From positions 195,016-259,015 of the forward strand of contig JAKLFF010000001.1 in the NCBI GenBank assembly GCA_022711335.1: a stretch of 64,000 nt of DNA. Direction: 5' to 3'. The stretch comes from Patescibacteria group bacterium (lineage in GTDB: Bacteria > Patescibacteriota > Minisyncoccia > Moranbacterales > UBA2206). Made by a program: the position numbers and the translations under genes. Positions 29,215-38,533 of the stretch are shown here, in pieces. Under the pieces are notes generated by a model. It ran no database searches. It worked only from the letters and a program-made list of their open reading frames with translations, and had not been told where the DNA came from. Each line of letters opens with the position of its first letter. The first letter of the stretch is position 1.

Positions 29215-29997
29215 TTATTCGCTTGAGGCGAAATGATTATGATAATAAAGATTCCATTTGCCGCTGAAAACATCGCTGTCTTTTGTCATAAAACTCGCGC
29301 CGTCTTTGCTTTTCAGAAGTTTATGTATCGAGCCGGAATCTATCCCCGCCTTATCCAAAAGAAAACCGAGAATTCTTTGCACGGTAATCGACTGACCTTT
29401 GGCCAGATCGTTCAGTTTCTCGAAGTTGAAATTGTCTTTATATTCTTTCAGTTTTTCCAGCACCAAATCCAGCGAATGGATGGAGCGCCGGGATTGAATC
29501 ATATCAAGAACGGCTTTTTCCAATGTGGCTACCTTCACTGTTCGTCCCTCGATTTGTGAATCTTGCCAGCCGTAGAAGTTTTTCCCGGCAACCTTGATAA
29601 ACCGATACGTTATTCCCTGAATCGTTTTATCGGCTTTCTTTTTGAGACACACGGAAGTTACCGTTCTCGTATGCTGGTCGAAAACCCCGTGATACTGGAG
29701 AGCGGCCTCGAATGAAACATACGATTCGTCCATAATAGCCTGAGCGATAACCAAAACCGACGCTCCGGCAAAGCCCCGCGATTCCAAGTTGGTGATATAA
29801 TAAACTCCTTTTTTAATCCGTACAAGCCAGCCATTTTTGGTCAGTTTGATGACCGTTTTTTTGGCTTTTTGCCTGGTATAGTCCTGCCCCAGTTCGGCAT
29901 AAATTTGGTCAAAATTGACAAATAAGCCGTATTTGGTAATAAGGTTTTCCAACAAAAGGCTCTCTTTTTCGGATAAAATAGTATTGTTTTGGGTCAT
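29215..29997 (-). CDS. AbiEi-type antitoxin/transcriptional regulator
   Basis: 260 aa. N-terminal wHTH-like region. Lies immediately upstream of the AbiEii gene on the same strand. Confidence 0.6.
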   Translation of the reverse strand: MTQNNTILSEKESLLLENLITKYGLFVNFDQIYAELGQDYTRQKAKKTVIKLTKNGWLVRIKKGVYYITNLESRGFAGASVLVIAQAIMDESYVSFEAALQYHGVFDQHTRTVTSVCLKKKADKTIQGITYRFIKVAGKNFYGWQDSQIEGRTVKVATLEKAVLDMIQSRRSIHSLDLVLEKLKEYKDNFNFEKLNDLAKGQSITVQRILGFLLDKAGIDSGSIHKLLKSKDGASFMTKDSDVFSGKWNLYYHNHFASSE

Positions 29998-30090
29998 ATA
30001 GTTCCAATATTTGGTTACTATCTACCCCTATTTTATACTATAAGTCCGCTTTGTCAAGTGACGGTCCGGACTGTGTGAAATGCCCTGTTT

Positions 30091-31083
30091 TCAAGAAGAT
30101 TTGAGATATTTGTCTATATTCGCCTGATGCTCCTCCAAGGTTTTGGCGCAGTGGATTTGCCGGTTGTTGTCATGGATATAATACAGGCATTCTGTTTCTG
30201 TCGGATGAAGAACCGCTTCGATTGCAGGAAGACCCGGGTTGCCGATCGGATATGGAGGCAATCCTTTGTTTTTATATGTGTTATATGGCGAATCGATGTT
30301 TCTGATTTCATCCGCCGTAACCGGCGCCCACCAACTATCGCCGGTTTTGCCCCTTGCGTATTGGACAGTCGCGTCGATTTCGAGATTCATGTCATTGTTC
30401 AACCTGTTCCAAAGTATTCCGGCGATAAGCGGCATGTCATCTTTTCCCGCCGCTTCTCTTTGAATGACAGAGGCTAGCTTCAGTCCTGTCGTCCATTTGA
30501 TATTTTGCTGGGCGAACTGGCCGACATAGGGCGCGAATTTTTCATCGAAATTCCTGATCATCCGGTTGGCTATATCCAATTCGCTGTCCGAAACGGGAAT
30601 GAGATAAGTGTCGGGAAAATACGTTCCTTCGATGTAATCGATTTTCATCTTGGTAACTTCCGTATTCCATCTGTCGAGATCGTCGTCGTTCCAATCGAAA
30701 GTCTTTTGGAGAAGTTCCCCTATCTGTTCTTTTCGGAATCCCTCCGGAATCACCACCCATTTCATGTCGGGATTGCCGGTTAGCTTGTCCGCCAACTGCC
30801 AGGCGGTCATATTTTTGGAAACATCATATCCGCCCGGCTGTATCGCATTATGCTTTCGTTTAAGAGACAGCACTGTATCAAAGGCGATTTTATTTTTTAT
30901 AAGACCCTGGCCTTTCAGCTTATCCAAAATTTGCGATTCGTTTTGTTTCAACCCTGCCGTGAAAATTTCATTCTCTTCCTGAGACTCCGGCGCACCGAAA
31001 AATACGCGCTGTGCTATGAACAAGCCCGCGATCATAAGCACGACCGCTCCGATAACTATGCCGATTTTCAGTCTTCTGTTCAT
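30091..31083 (-). CDS. mltG: Endolytic murein transglycosylase MltG (YceG-like)
   Basis: 330 aa. N-terminal TM followed by the YceG/MltG catalytic region. Confidence 0.75.
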   Translation of the reverse strand: MNRRLKIGIVIGAVVLMIAGLFIAQRVFFGAPESQEENEIFTAGLKQNESQILDKLKGQGLIKNKIAFDTVLSLKRKHNAIQPGGYDVSKNMTAWQLADKLTGNPDMKWVVIPEGFRKEQIGELLQKTFDWNDDDLDRWNTEVTKMKIDYIEGTYFPDTYLIPVSDSELDIANRMIRNFDEKFAPYVGQFAQQNIKWTTGLKLASVIQREAAGKDDMPLIAGILWNRLNNDMNLEIDATVQYARGKTGDSWWAPVTADEIRNIDSPYNTYKNKGLPPYPIGNPGLPAIEAVLHPTETECLYYIHDNNRQIHCAKTLEEHQANIDKYLKSS

Positions 31084-31171
31084 GTCTCAAGTTTCTCACG
31101 AATGACTGTTTCAGTCAAAATAACATGTAGCATCGCAAACTCTGTAAAAAAACGATTTATTGATTTTTCCC

Positions 31172-31207
31172 GTGAGCCGTAAAAATACCGGTATTTTTAC
31201 GGCTCAC
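31172..31207. promoter_or_regulatory. 36-bp perfect palindrome GTGAGCCGTAAAAATACCGGTATTTTTACGGCTCAC in a divergent intergenic region
   Basis: Seen directly in the sequence. Lies between mltG (minus) and the + strand secreted-protein gene. Confidence 0.6.
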
Positions 31208-31260
31208 AATTGCCGAAATGTCTGATTAAAAATACCACTGTGGATAACTTTATTTTCGAC

Positions 31261-31289
31261 TTGACTTTACCCTTCGCCTATCCTAACAT
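31261..31289 (+). promoter_or_regulatory. Candidate sigma70-type promoter TTGACT-17 bp-TAACAT
   Basis: Consensus-like hexamers with a 17-bp spacer, upstream of the 31577 gene. Confidence 0.35.
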
Positions 31290-31576
31290 CACAACACTTC
31301 GGGAAAGATAATGGCTTGTTTAAAGCTCGGCATACGAACGCCGGAATAAAAAAGCTCAATAAATATTGACCGGACTTGCACGGGAATTTTACGGAAACTT
31401 TACCGGCATTATTTTATACTGAAGCCATAATTAAAGATTTGCACATTTGATCCGATAGAGCATTCAAACGTTTATCTGCCCGTAGGCAGACAGGTCTCGA
31501 GAAGACCAAATAATATTTACGAATGTCTCGAAAGAAAAAATTTGCAGATCGCCTAATCATTAAAGTATTGCATATG

Positions 31577-32335
31577 AAAACACAATACTCGAAAAAGAAA
31601 TTCCTGAAGCTGGCGGGAGTCACGGCTCTGACGTTGGCCTTGGGAATCGGCGCGGCGAGCGCTTTCGCTTCCAGCGACAGCGGCAAAACCACACAGGAGA
31701 AAATCCAATCCTTATTGGATAAATTGAGAGTCGCATCGGAGAACGAGCAAAAAAACGGTCAGCTGGTCGACACTCCGCAAGGAAAAATGTTCGCCGGAGA
31801 ATCGGCGGAGAAAATGAAAAAGTTGCATGATGAAACAATGGCGGAAGTAGACGCTCTGACTGCCCGGCCGGAAAGCGAAAGGCAAAAAGCTGTCGACGAG
31901 ATCAAGAAATTCGCCGATAAAAAAGACCTGAATGTCAATTACAAAAGAACGACCAAATCTGTCTATAACCCCGGTATAGCGGAAGAAGTGTACACAACCG
32001 ACTATGATCAATACGAAGTGGACGCGCGAAACAACAAGATTATCCAATTCGGACCTCGTCCGCTCGCTGTTGGCGAAAAAGGAAAGACTTTCAATACCGA
32101 GGACAAATATTCCAAAAACGAACTGGAATCTATGGCCCGCCAATTTATCGCCAAAAATGCTCCTGAAGTAAAAATCGATGATCTCTCCGCCAATTTCGGC
32201 GACAAAGAGGGCGTGAACTTTTTCTTCCGTTGGGAAGATACAACACGGGAAATCGAGGATATCCATCCTTTTATCCAGGTCGGGTTTTCCCGGGGAGGCG
32301 ACTTGCTGAGCTACATGAATTCTCTCGGTCTGTAG
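31577..32335 (+). CDS. Secreted hypothetical protein (signal peptide)
   Basis: Start taken at MKTQYSKKKFLKLAGVTALTLALGIGAASAFA, which has a signal-peptide shape. The ORF track begins at 31523. Confidence 0.55.
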   Translation, partial: KTQYSKKKFLKLAGVTALTLALGIGAASAFASSDSGKTTQEKIQSLLDKLRVASENEQKNGQLVDTPQGKMFAGESAEKMKKLHDETMAEVDALTARPESERQKAVDEIKKFADKKDLNVNYKRTTKSVYNPGIAEEVYTTDYDQYEVDARNNKIIQFGPRPLAVGEKGKTFNTEDKYSKNELESMARQFIAKNAPEVKIDDLSANFGDKEGVNFFFRWEDTTREIEDIHPFIQVGFSRGGDLLSYMNSLGL

Positions 32336-32371
32336 CCGCCGGGGTTTAACAATTAATATCGAAACAAAAAT

Positions 32372-32899
32372 ATGAGAATTTTGAAGACGAGGCGGGCGAT
32401 GCTATTCTCGATGATTGCGATGGTGGCATTGCTTGCGGGAGGCGTCAAATCGGCGCTGGCTCTCTCGGGAACTTACAATTTTGCCAGTAGCGGTAACTAC
32501 TATACGAGCTACGGTCCCAGTGAATACTGGCATACGACAACCAATGCCGGTTATTGCGGACACATCAGCGGGAGCTGCAGCCCGAACAGCATGCGATGGA
32601 CATATACCAATGGTTGCTTTCCAAGCAATCAGGCGAAGTGGGATAATCCGAACTCGGCTCAGGACGGAGCGCACAGAGTTTTTATTCCGAGTGTCAATGC
32701 AACGACCACCAACGCGCCTTACACAATCACCTATGACGGAGCCAGCTCGTCGGTTTGGTATATAAATCAGAACGCTTATTATGATACATGGATTTGGACC
32801 GGAGATTATTACGACATCCGAAATACTTGGCTGTCCGACGCTACCTGCGAAGGAGGTTCACCGAAAATCGGATTTGATGAAGTGCGGATCACTTATTAA
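32372..32899 (+). CDS. Secreted hypothetical protein, Cys/Trp/Tyr/Asn-rich
   Basis: 175 aa with an N-terminal signal peptide. Confidence 0.55.
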   Translation: MRILKTRRAMLFSMIAMVALLAGGVKSALALSGTYNFASSGNYYTSYGPSEYWHTTTNAGYCGHISGSCSPNSMRWTYTNGCFPSNQAKWDNPNSAQDGAHRVFIPSVNATTTNAPYTITYDGASSSVWYINQNAYYDTWIWTGDYYDIRNTWLSDATCEGGSPKIGFDEVRITY

Positions 32900-32924
32900 A
32901 GATAGCTGCGAAAGAAGGAGGAAT

Positions 32925-32953
32925 AAAACGGGATCAATCCCGTTTTATTTTTG
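32925..32953. terminator. Rho-independent terminator (AAAACGGGATCAATCCCGTTTT + T-run), bidirectional between convergent genes
   Basis: Seen in the sequence. Confidence 0.7.
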
Positions 32954-32973
32954 TCGGATCACACAATCTTTTC

Positions 32974-33918
32974 TCATACCCACGAATCCATGTCTATTCC
33001 CTTCCGGTGCGCAAATTTGGCCTCTGCTTCGCTCAATATGCCCAGGTAGTGCTTACATGTGGTCTGGATGTCGGAATGCCCCAGAAGGGCCTGAATATGG
33101 CCCAAGCCGATGCCCTTCTTTAGCAGCATGGTCGCGAAGCTGTGGCGAATGACATGCGCCGTATAATTCTTCTTGATCCCCGACTTTTTCCGGTAATTTC
33201 TGAAATTTCTCTGGGCGTCGTTTCTGTCCCACCGGTTCGTTTTGCTTTCGGCGACAAAAACGTATTCTCCCTCGTATCCCCTTCTCTCGATATATTCACG
33301 GATGCAATCGAGAGACAGCTTCGTGAAATACAATTTTCTCTCTTTGTTTCCTTTTCCGACAATCAGCGCTTCTTTCCTCCGCCAGCTTATGTCTTCGATC
33401 TTCAAATCCAATGCTTCGCTTATCCGGCATCCGGTCGAAATAAGAATGGCGATAAATGCCCGGAATCTCAAATCTCTCATACTCCGTTGTCCGACCGAAC
33501 TGAAAACCTGTTTCAGTTCTTCTTCCGTCAGATACTCGACCGTTCTTTTGGGCACTTTCGGTCTTCTTATTTTTTCGGCATCCATGACATTGAGTCGCAA
33601 TTCGCCCCTACAAAATCTCATCAGATTTCTGATCACGGAAAAATTATGCGCTTTGGTCGTCTGTTTCAACTCCCGCCAGTTATATTCCTTCTTGAGAGCG
33701 ATTATATGTTCCATGTTTATTTTTTCCACCTCCAGATCTCCCAGTATGTCTATCGTCCATCTTATCGTTCTTTTATATTTGGCAATGGAAGACGCAGCCA
33801 TTTCGCCTTCCACTTCGCAGTAATCCAAATACAATTTTCCGGCTTCGCCGATCGTTATTCTTTTTCTTTTACAAAAAAATGACATCATATGGTTTATTCT
33901 TAAGAAATTAAAAAACAA
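32974..33918 (-). CDS. Tyrosine recombinase (XerC/D-like or phage integrase family)
   Basis: 314 aa. Catalytic region ARHSFATMLL...LLGHSDIQTTCKHYL carries the R/H/R/Y pattern. Confidence 0.8.
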   Translation of the reverse strand: MFFNFLRINHMMSFFCKRKRITIGEAGKLYLDYCEVEGEMAASSIAKYKRTIRWTIDILGDLEVEKINMEHIIALKKEYNWRELKQTTKAHNFSVIRNLMRFCRGELRLNVMDAEKIRRPKVPKRTVEYLTEEELKQVFSSVGQRSMRDLRFRAFIAILISTGCRISEALDLKIEDISWRRKEALIVGKGNKERKLYFTKLSLDCIREYIERRGYEGEYVFVAESKTNRWDRNDAQRNFRNYRKKSGIKKNYTAHVIRHSFATMLLKKGIGLGHIQALLGHSDIQTTCKHYLGILSEAEAKFAHRKGIDMDSWV

Positions 33919-34058
33919 CCCTTGGTAGAGTTGTCGTTATTAAACACAAACCTTTTCTATTTTATTAAGAAGGGTAGTCGAAATTCGAGTACCCTTCATC
34001 CTTGTTGTCTTGTCATTGCAAGACATTTTGTTGTGTTAAGGAGTACGGAAAAGTGAGT

Positions 34059-34241
34059 CTATTGCTTTCTACCTAGAAGCCAGCCGATGGAGTAAAACGA
34101 CGCTATGACAGCGATTGCGCCAATTGCTGGAGTAAGCTGGTAAAGCAACGGAATCGTTTTTAATTCTGCCATTATGGCAGGCCCATTCCAGAACGCAAAA
34201 GAATAATTACAAGGATCCAACATGGAATCACCTCCCCTCAT
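34059..34241 (-). CDS. Small membrane protein
   Basis: 60 aa with one or two TM segments. Confidence 0.3.
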   Translation of the reverse strand: MRGGDSMLDPCNYSFAFWNGPAIMAELKTIPLLYQLTPAIGAIAVIASFYSIGWLLGRKQ

Positions 34242-34313
34242 TAGAAAGTATAAGCAAATAGCCGAAAGATTCTAAAACCTCCTTCTTTCAATATTTTATC
34301 ATAGAAACCAATG

Positions 34314-35375
34314 CTATAAACCGCTATTTAACTCTGACCGTATGATACTTGCAACCTGCTTCATTATCCCATTTACCCCAACAGTCAACCTAATATATCT
34401 TGTTAGCGGATTTGGTGTTTCTTTGAATTCTATATTATTATTCTCAAAAGCTTTTAACATAGTGTCTCTTTTAGATCCAAAATTGATTAAAACAAAATTT
34501 CCGCCACCCTCGATCACATCAAATCCCATTTTTTTTAATTCTTTAGCAAATTTTTTTCTTGCGATTAGTATCTTATTTACTGAATTCTTCAAATATTTAC
34601 CGTCAGTACAAACAACCTCGACCGCTCTTGCCGCTAACGCAGTCACTTCTCTGAAAGGTTTAAATCTTCCTATCATTTTGGCTAATCCCTCATTGGTCAG
34701 TATATAACCAATTCTTAACCCCGCTAATCCGACATTCTTAGAAAAACTACGTATTATAATAACATTCGAAAATTCATCAACTAAAGGTGACGCGTCAATA
34801 CGCCCAAAATCAGCATATACTTCATCAATGACAACTAAAATATCTCTCTCTTCGGCTTTTCTGACGAATTCTCTTAGCCTATCAACAGAAAAAATATATC
34901 CTGTAGCACCATTGGGGTTAGCAATAAGTACTACTTTTACATCAGGTGAAATTAATTTAGCCAAGGTGTCATCTGAACAACTACCATCATCCTCACAATA
35001 AACTTCAATCAACTTACAATTTAATTCCTGTGAATGTATCTTATACATTTCAAATGTTGGAGCAATGGTTGCGATAACAGCGCCCGGATCACAAAATGTC
35101 TCTAGTATCATTTTCATTGCGCCATCCGCTCCATTTGACAATATCAAATTTTCGTTGGGCTGATTTAAAAACTGAGATAATGCATTATATGCCCTGCTTA
35201 CTTCAGGATAAGCACTAGCCATTTCTGCCGAAAAACCTTTTATTATTTTCCTAAATAAAGATTTTGGCATAGATGGTACATATTCATTCATTCCCAATCT
35301 GACTCTGTCGAGACGAGTGAGAAAATCCTGGTTGTTACGCACAATATCATTTACATGTTCTCTGCATTTAATCAT
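34314..35375 (-). CDS. Class I/II PLP-dependent aminotransferase (HisC/CobD-like)
   Basis: 353 aa. Motifs VIANPNGATG and SFSKNVGLAGLRIGY, the latter holding the PLP-lysine. Confidence 0.75.
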   Translation of the reverse strand: MIKCREHVNDIVRNNQDFLTRLDRVRLGMNEYVPSMPKSLFRKIIKGFSAEMASAYPEVSRAYNALSQFLNQPNENLILSNGADGAMKMILETFCDPGAVIATIAPTFEMYKIHSQELNCKLIEVYCEDDGSCSDDTLAKLISPDVKVVLIANPNGATGYIFSVDRLREFVRKAEERDILVVIDEVYADFGRIDASPLVDEFSNVIIIRSFSKNVGLAGLRIGYILTNEGLAKMIGRFKPFREVTALAARAVEVVCTDGKYLKNSVNKILIARKKFAKELKKMGFDVIEGGGNFVLINFGSKRDTMLKAFENNNIEFKETPNPLTRYIRLTVGVNGIMKQVASIIRSELNSGL

Positions 35376-35600
35376 AAAATTGAATTTAACAATTTAACGT
35401 ATAAGCTAAGCCTATGCTTGCTTTTTTATGGTATCACCGGATAAAAATTAATTCAAGATTCTTAACAAATCTAGGAGAATTCGATAAAATGGATAATAAG
35501 GATAAAGCAGCCAGCGGTTAGCGGTCTCAGTCATTGCTAAAAATGACAATATGTGGTATGATTAGAAGCCATCAGACACCCTACTAATTATTTTAAACAT

Positions 35601-37502
35601 ATGGGTATATTTAAAAAAGTCGAATTAAACCTAAATATTAAGCAGCAGGAAATATCCCCAAACGATATATTTTTTGTTATTGATAAAAATAAAAAAATAA
35701 CAACTTTTAGCATTAATAACATCTCCTTAAAATTGCCTGAATTACCGCTAGAAAGACCCTCTATAATAAAATCAGGAGTTGGATTTATTACTCTTGAAGA
35801 TCTTGAAATACATCCCATGAACTTGGCAAATAGATGGGATATTTTAAAAGATTTTCCTAATTATAAAACATCTGATCACCAAAAAAGATTTATTATTACT
35901 ATTGAAGAATCTGGAATGCTTGAAAGTTATGTCATTCCAAAATTTTTTGAAGAATCCGAGCCAATTGCCAAAATCGTCTTAAACAAAAATCAGTTACCCA
36001 TTCAATTTACTATTGAAATATCGGAAATAAAGAACGGGAAAATTCAATCAGTTAAACCTCAAAAACCAAAAGAATCCGCCAAGATTCTTATGGGTACTCA
36101 AATATTAGGACATGTTCAGGATGCGGCTAAGATTATACGATGGGCAGAAAAAAACGGAACATTGCAGAGTAAGTGGAAATTTGCCTTACCAGCGACAAAA
36201 AGAACTGAAGTTACTAAGAGCTCCTTAAAAAAAGAAGGTATAGACACGAAAAAAATAATTAGCGATTGGTCATATGCGGGAGGAAAAAATTTTAGAACAA
36301 ACCAGGAATACATAGGCGATTTTAGTAAAAAAGAATCGTTTTCAACTGTCGTAGCATTTATTGCTGCGAATGCCAGATTATGTATTGATGTTGCAAAAGG
36401 AAAATATGCTGTGGTATCGACAAATTTTCGATCAGAAGCGCGGATTATGAAAATAATAAATCCAAATATTATTACTATGGGAGTTTCCCACACGTTTTTG
36501 TCAGGAAAATTAGAAAAACGTATAGGTTTACACGATGATCTTCCAAGATTTGCAGCCATGCTTCGGGAGGTACAACAATCTCTTGATCTTGTGCCTAATC
36601 GAATTACCTCTTTAGGAGGAAACGTAAATTATATTGATTATTATTGGAAAGTTTGCGAAGAGAAAATACAAGTACTCGACATATTGCTTTATCGTACTTT
36701 GGATTTTGACACCACTATTCCTCCAGTATTCAATGGCATAACCCAAGTCATTCAGATTCCTCTAGCAATTCGCGACACAAAGATATCAAAAAATAAAGCC
36801 AGGGAAAATATCGCTTCAATAATAGGAAAAAAATTAAAGTCATCTGATAAAATAATCATCCTTTCTGGAGAAAGTGACGATGGATCATTTAAAAAAAGGA
36901 TTGAGAAAGTCATTTGTTTCGCGAAATCAAATCCGAATGTACATGTTGTTATGCCATTAGACCCTAACGATGAAAGAATTTCCGATATCGATATGCCTTC
37001 AAACGCATATACGATAGGGTTCAGGAGAGATTGGCGCGAAATTATTCCTGGAGGGGACATTACTTTTATACGAGGAAGTTGGGGCGAGTTAATTGACCTA
37101 ATATTTTCTGAAACGGTTCCAATAATAACTTCTCCAGGAACGGTACCGACAAATGCAGATTTAAGCACTACGCAATTTTTAACTGAAGTGTCAGAAGAGC
37201 GCGCTTGCAATGTGTCATTGTTTGTAAAAATATTACAATCATACGGCATAAAGACGGAAATGATAAATAGATTATTAGTTGATCTTAATAATCCGTCAAA
37301 TAAATACACCCTACAAAACGCGATAGAGTACGCATTACAATCTGACGTTGCGAATAAAATAAAAGAGGCTCTTTCGGCTATTCCAAAGGACAATATTGCG
37401 GGATGCATTGGAAAATTACATGAGCAATTGCTTGATCTTAAAAAACCTTTTTCAACCGAAAATCTTAAAAATTTGCATCAGAATATTTGGCACCGAAAAT
37501 AA
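35601..37502 (+). CDS. Large hypothetical protein (633 aa)
   Basis: Long + strand ORF in AT-rich DNA with no recognisable domain. It runs divergently from the rSAM/PheRS-like array. Confidence 0.6.
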   Translation: MGIFKKVELNLNIKQQEISPNDIFFVIDKNKKITTFSINNISLKLPELPLERPSIIKSGVGFITLEDLEIHPMNLANRWDILKDFPNYKTSDHQKRFIITIEESGMLESYVIPKFFEESEPIAKIVLNKNQLPIQFTIEISEIKNGKIQSVKPQKPKESAKILMGTQILGHVQDAAKIIRWAEKNGTLQSKWKFALPATKRTEVTKSSLKKEGIDTKKIISDWSYAGGKNFRTNQEYIGDFSKKESFSTVVAFIAANARLCIDVAKGKYAVVSTNFRSEARIMKIINPNIITMGVSHTFLSGKLEKRIGLHDDLPRFAAMLREVQQSLDLVPNRITSLGGNVNYIDYYWKVCEEKIQVLDILLYRTLDFDTTIPPVFNGITQVIQIPLAIRDTKISKNKARENIASIIGKKLKSSDKIIILSGESDDGSFKKRIEKVICFAKSNPNVHVVMPLDPNDERISDIDMPSNAYTIGFRRDWREIIPGGDITFIRGSWGELIDLIFSETVPIITSPGTVPTNADLSTTQFLTEVSEERACNVSLFVKILQSYGIKTEMINRLLVDLNNPSNKYTLQNAIEYALQSDVANKIKEALSAIPKDNIAGCIGKLHEQLLDLKKPFSTENLKNLHQNIWHRK

Positions 37503-37563
37503 ATAAAATAGCCCGACAAAGTTATTGGGCTATTTTAATAGAATTTATGTGGCTTTATTTAGT

Positions 37564-38520
37564 CTATTCGGGAACAGAGCAATGTCTGCAAATTTTAATT
37601 TTATTCGTTCCATTCAACATACTTTTTAATATTTTTTTCCTGTTTTCAGTATTCCACCAATTATTATCTCTTAATATATTGCCCAAATTAAAATCGGCAT
37701 TGTAGTCATGGAAGCACAGACCAATATCACCATTTGCATTAACGAGTAGATTTTCCCATGGCCACATACAATGGTTTATAGTGTAATTGTCTGAGATTTC
37801 TTTTGCTTTAGTTGTTTTATATCTGGTGTTTTTAGTACTTGTTGGCACAAACTTTAGATTGACTTTTCTATCTTCATATCCGCTCATATAAGCGTTAAAA
37901 GTTTTAAAGATAGTTTTGTCTACTCCTATATTTTTGCAAATATCCGAAAATTTATCCATTTCGTTTTCGTTATGCTTCATAACAATAAATTGGGCTACAA
38001 CAACGGGCTTTTTAGCTCTCATGTTTTTTTTAAGTTCTGTGAGATCTTTGATATTTTTTAACAAAACATTTAAATCGCCTCCTGAACGATATTTCTTGTA
38101 CGTTTCATTAGATGCTCCATCAATAGAGATGTTGATATAATCCAGACCTGATTTAATTAATTTTTTTGAAACTTCTTTATTTAATAACAACCCATTGGAG
38201 TGAAACCCGACTGTTTCTATTTTATTGTCCTTTGCAAATTTTACCATTTTAGCAATATCCGGATTCATCAATGGCTCTCCATAATTAAACAGTGCTATTT
38301 CTCGCACGCTATCGTTAATCAGCCTGATTATTTTTTTGAAATTATCATATGACATCAAGGTCTCATTTTTAATTTTTCCTCTCCCCATGGGACACGAGAA
38401 ACATCTCAAGTTGCAAAAACGACTAACCTCTATCCTAGCTCTTATCGGCATCGGAATATTGTTAGCATCAAATTTTGATGGCATATTCTTCTTATTGTTA
38501 CTAAATGTAATTTTTCTCAT
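37564..38520 (-). CDS. Radical SAM protein with C-terminal SPASM/twitch-like Cys cluster
   Basis: 318 aa. CNLRCFSC matches the CxxxCxxC radical SAM cluster. The C-terminal cysteines in CMWPWEN...CFHDYN...CRHC fit an auxiliary cluster. Confidence 0.75.
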   Translation of the reverse strand: MRKITFSNNKKNMPSKFDANNIPMPIRARIEVSRFCNLRCFSCPMGRGKIKNETLMSYDNFKKIIRLINDSVREIALFNYGEPLMNPDIAKMVKFAKDNKIETVGFHSNGLLLNKEVSKKLIKSGLDYINISIDGASNETYKKYRSGGDLNVLLKNIKDLTELKKNMRAKKPVVVAQFIVMKHNENEMDKFSDICKNIGVDKTIFKTFNAYMSGYEDRKVNLKFVPTSTKNTRYKTTKAKEISDNYTINHCMWPWENLLVNANGDIGLCFHDYNADFNLGNILRDNNWWNTENRKKILKSMLNGTNKIKICRHCSVPE

Positions 38521-38533
38521 ACTTCACTGATTA

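Noticed and set aside
33142-33882. + strand 246-aa and 193-aa ORFs
   Set aside because: They are antisense shadows of the Xer/integrase gene, which has clear catalytic motifs on the minus strand.
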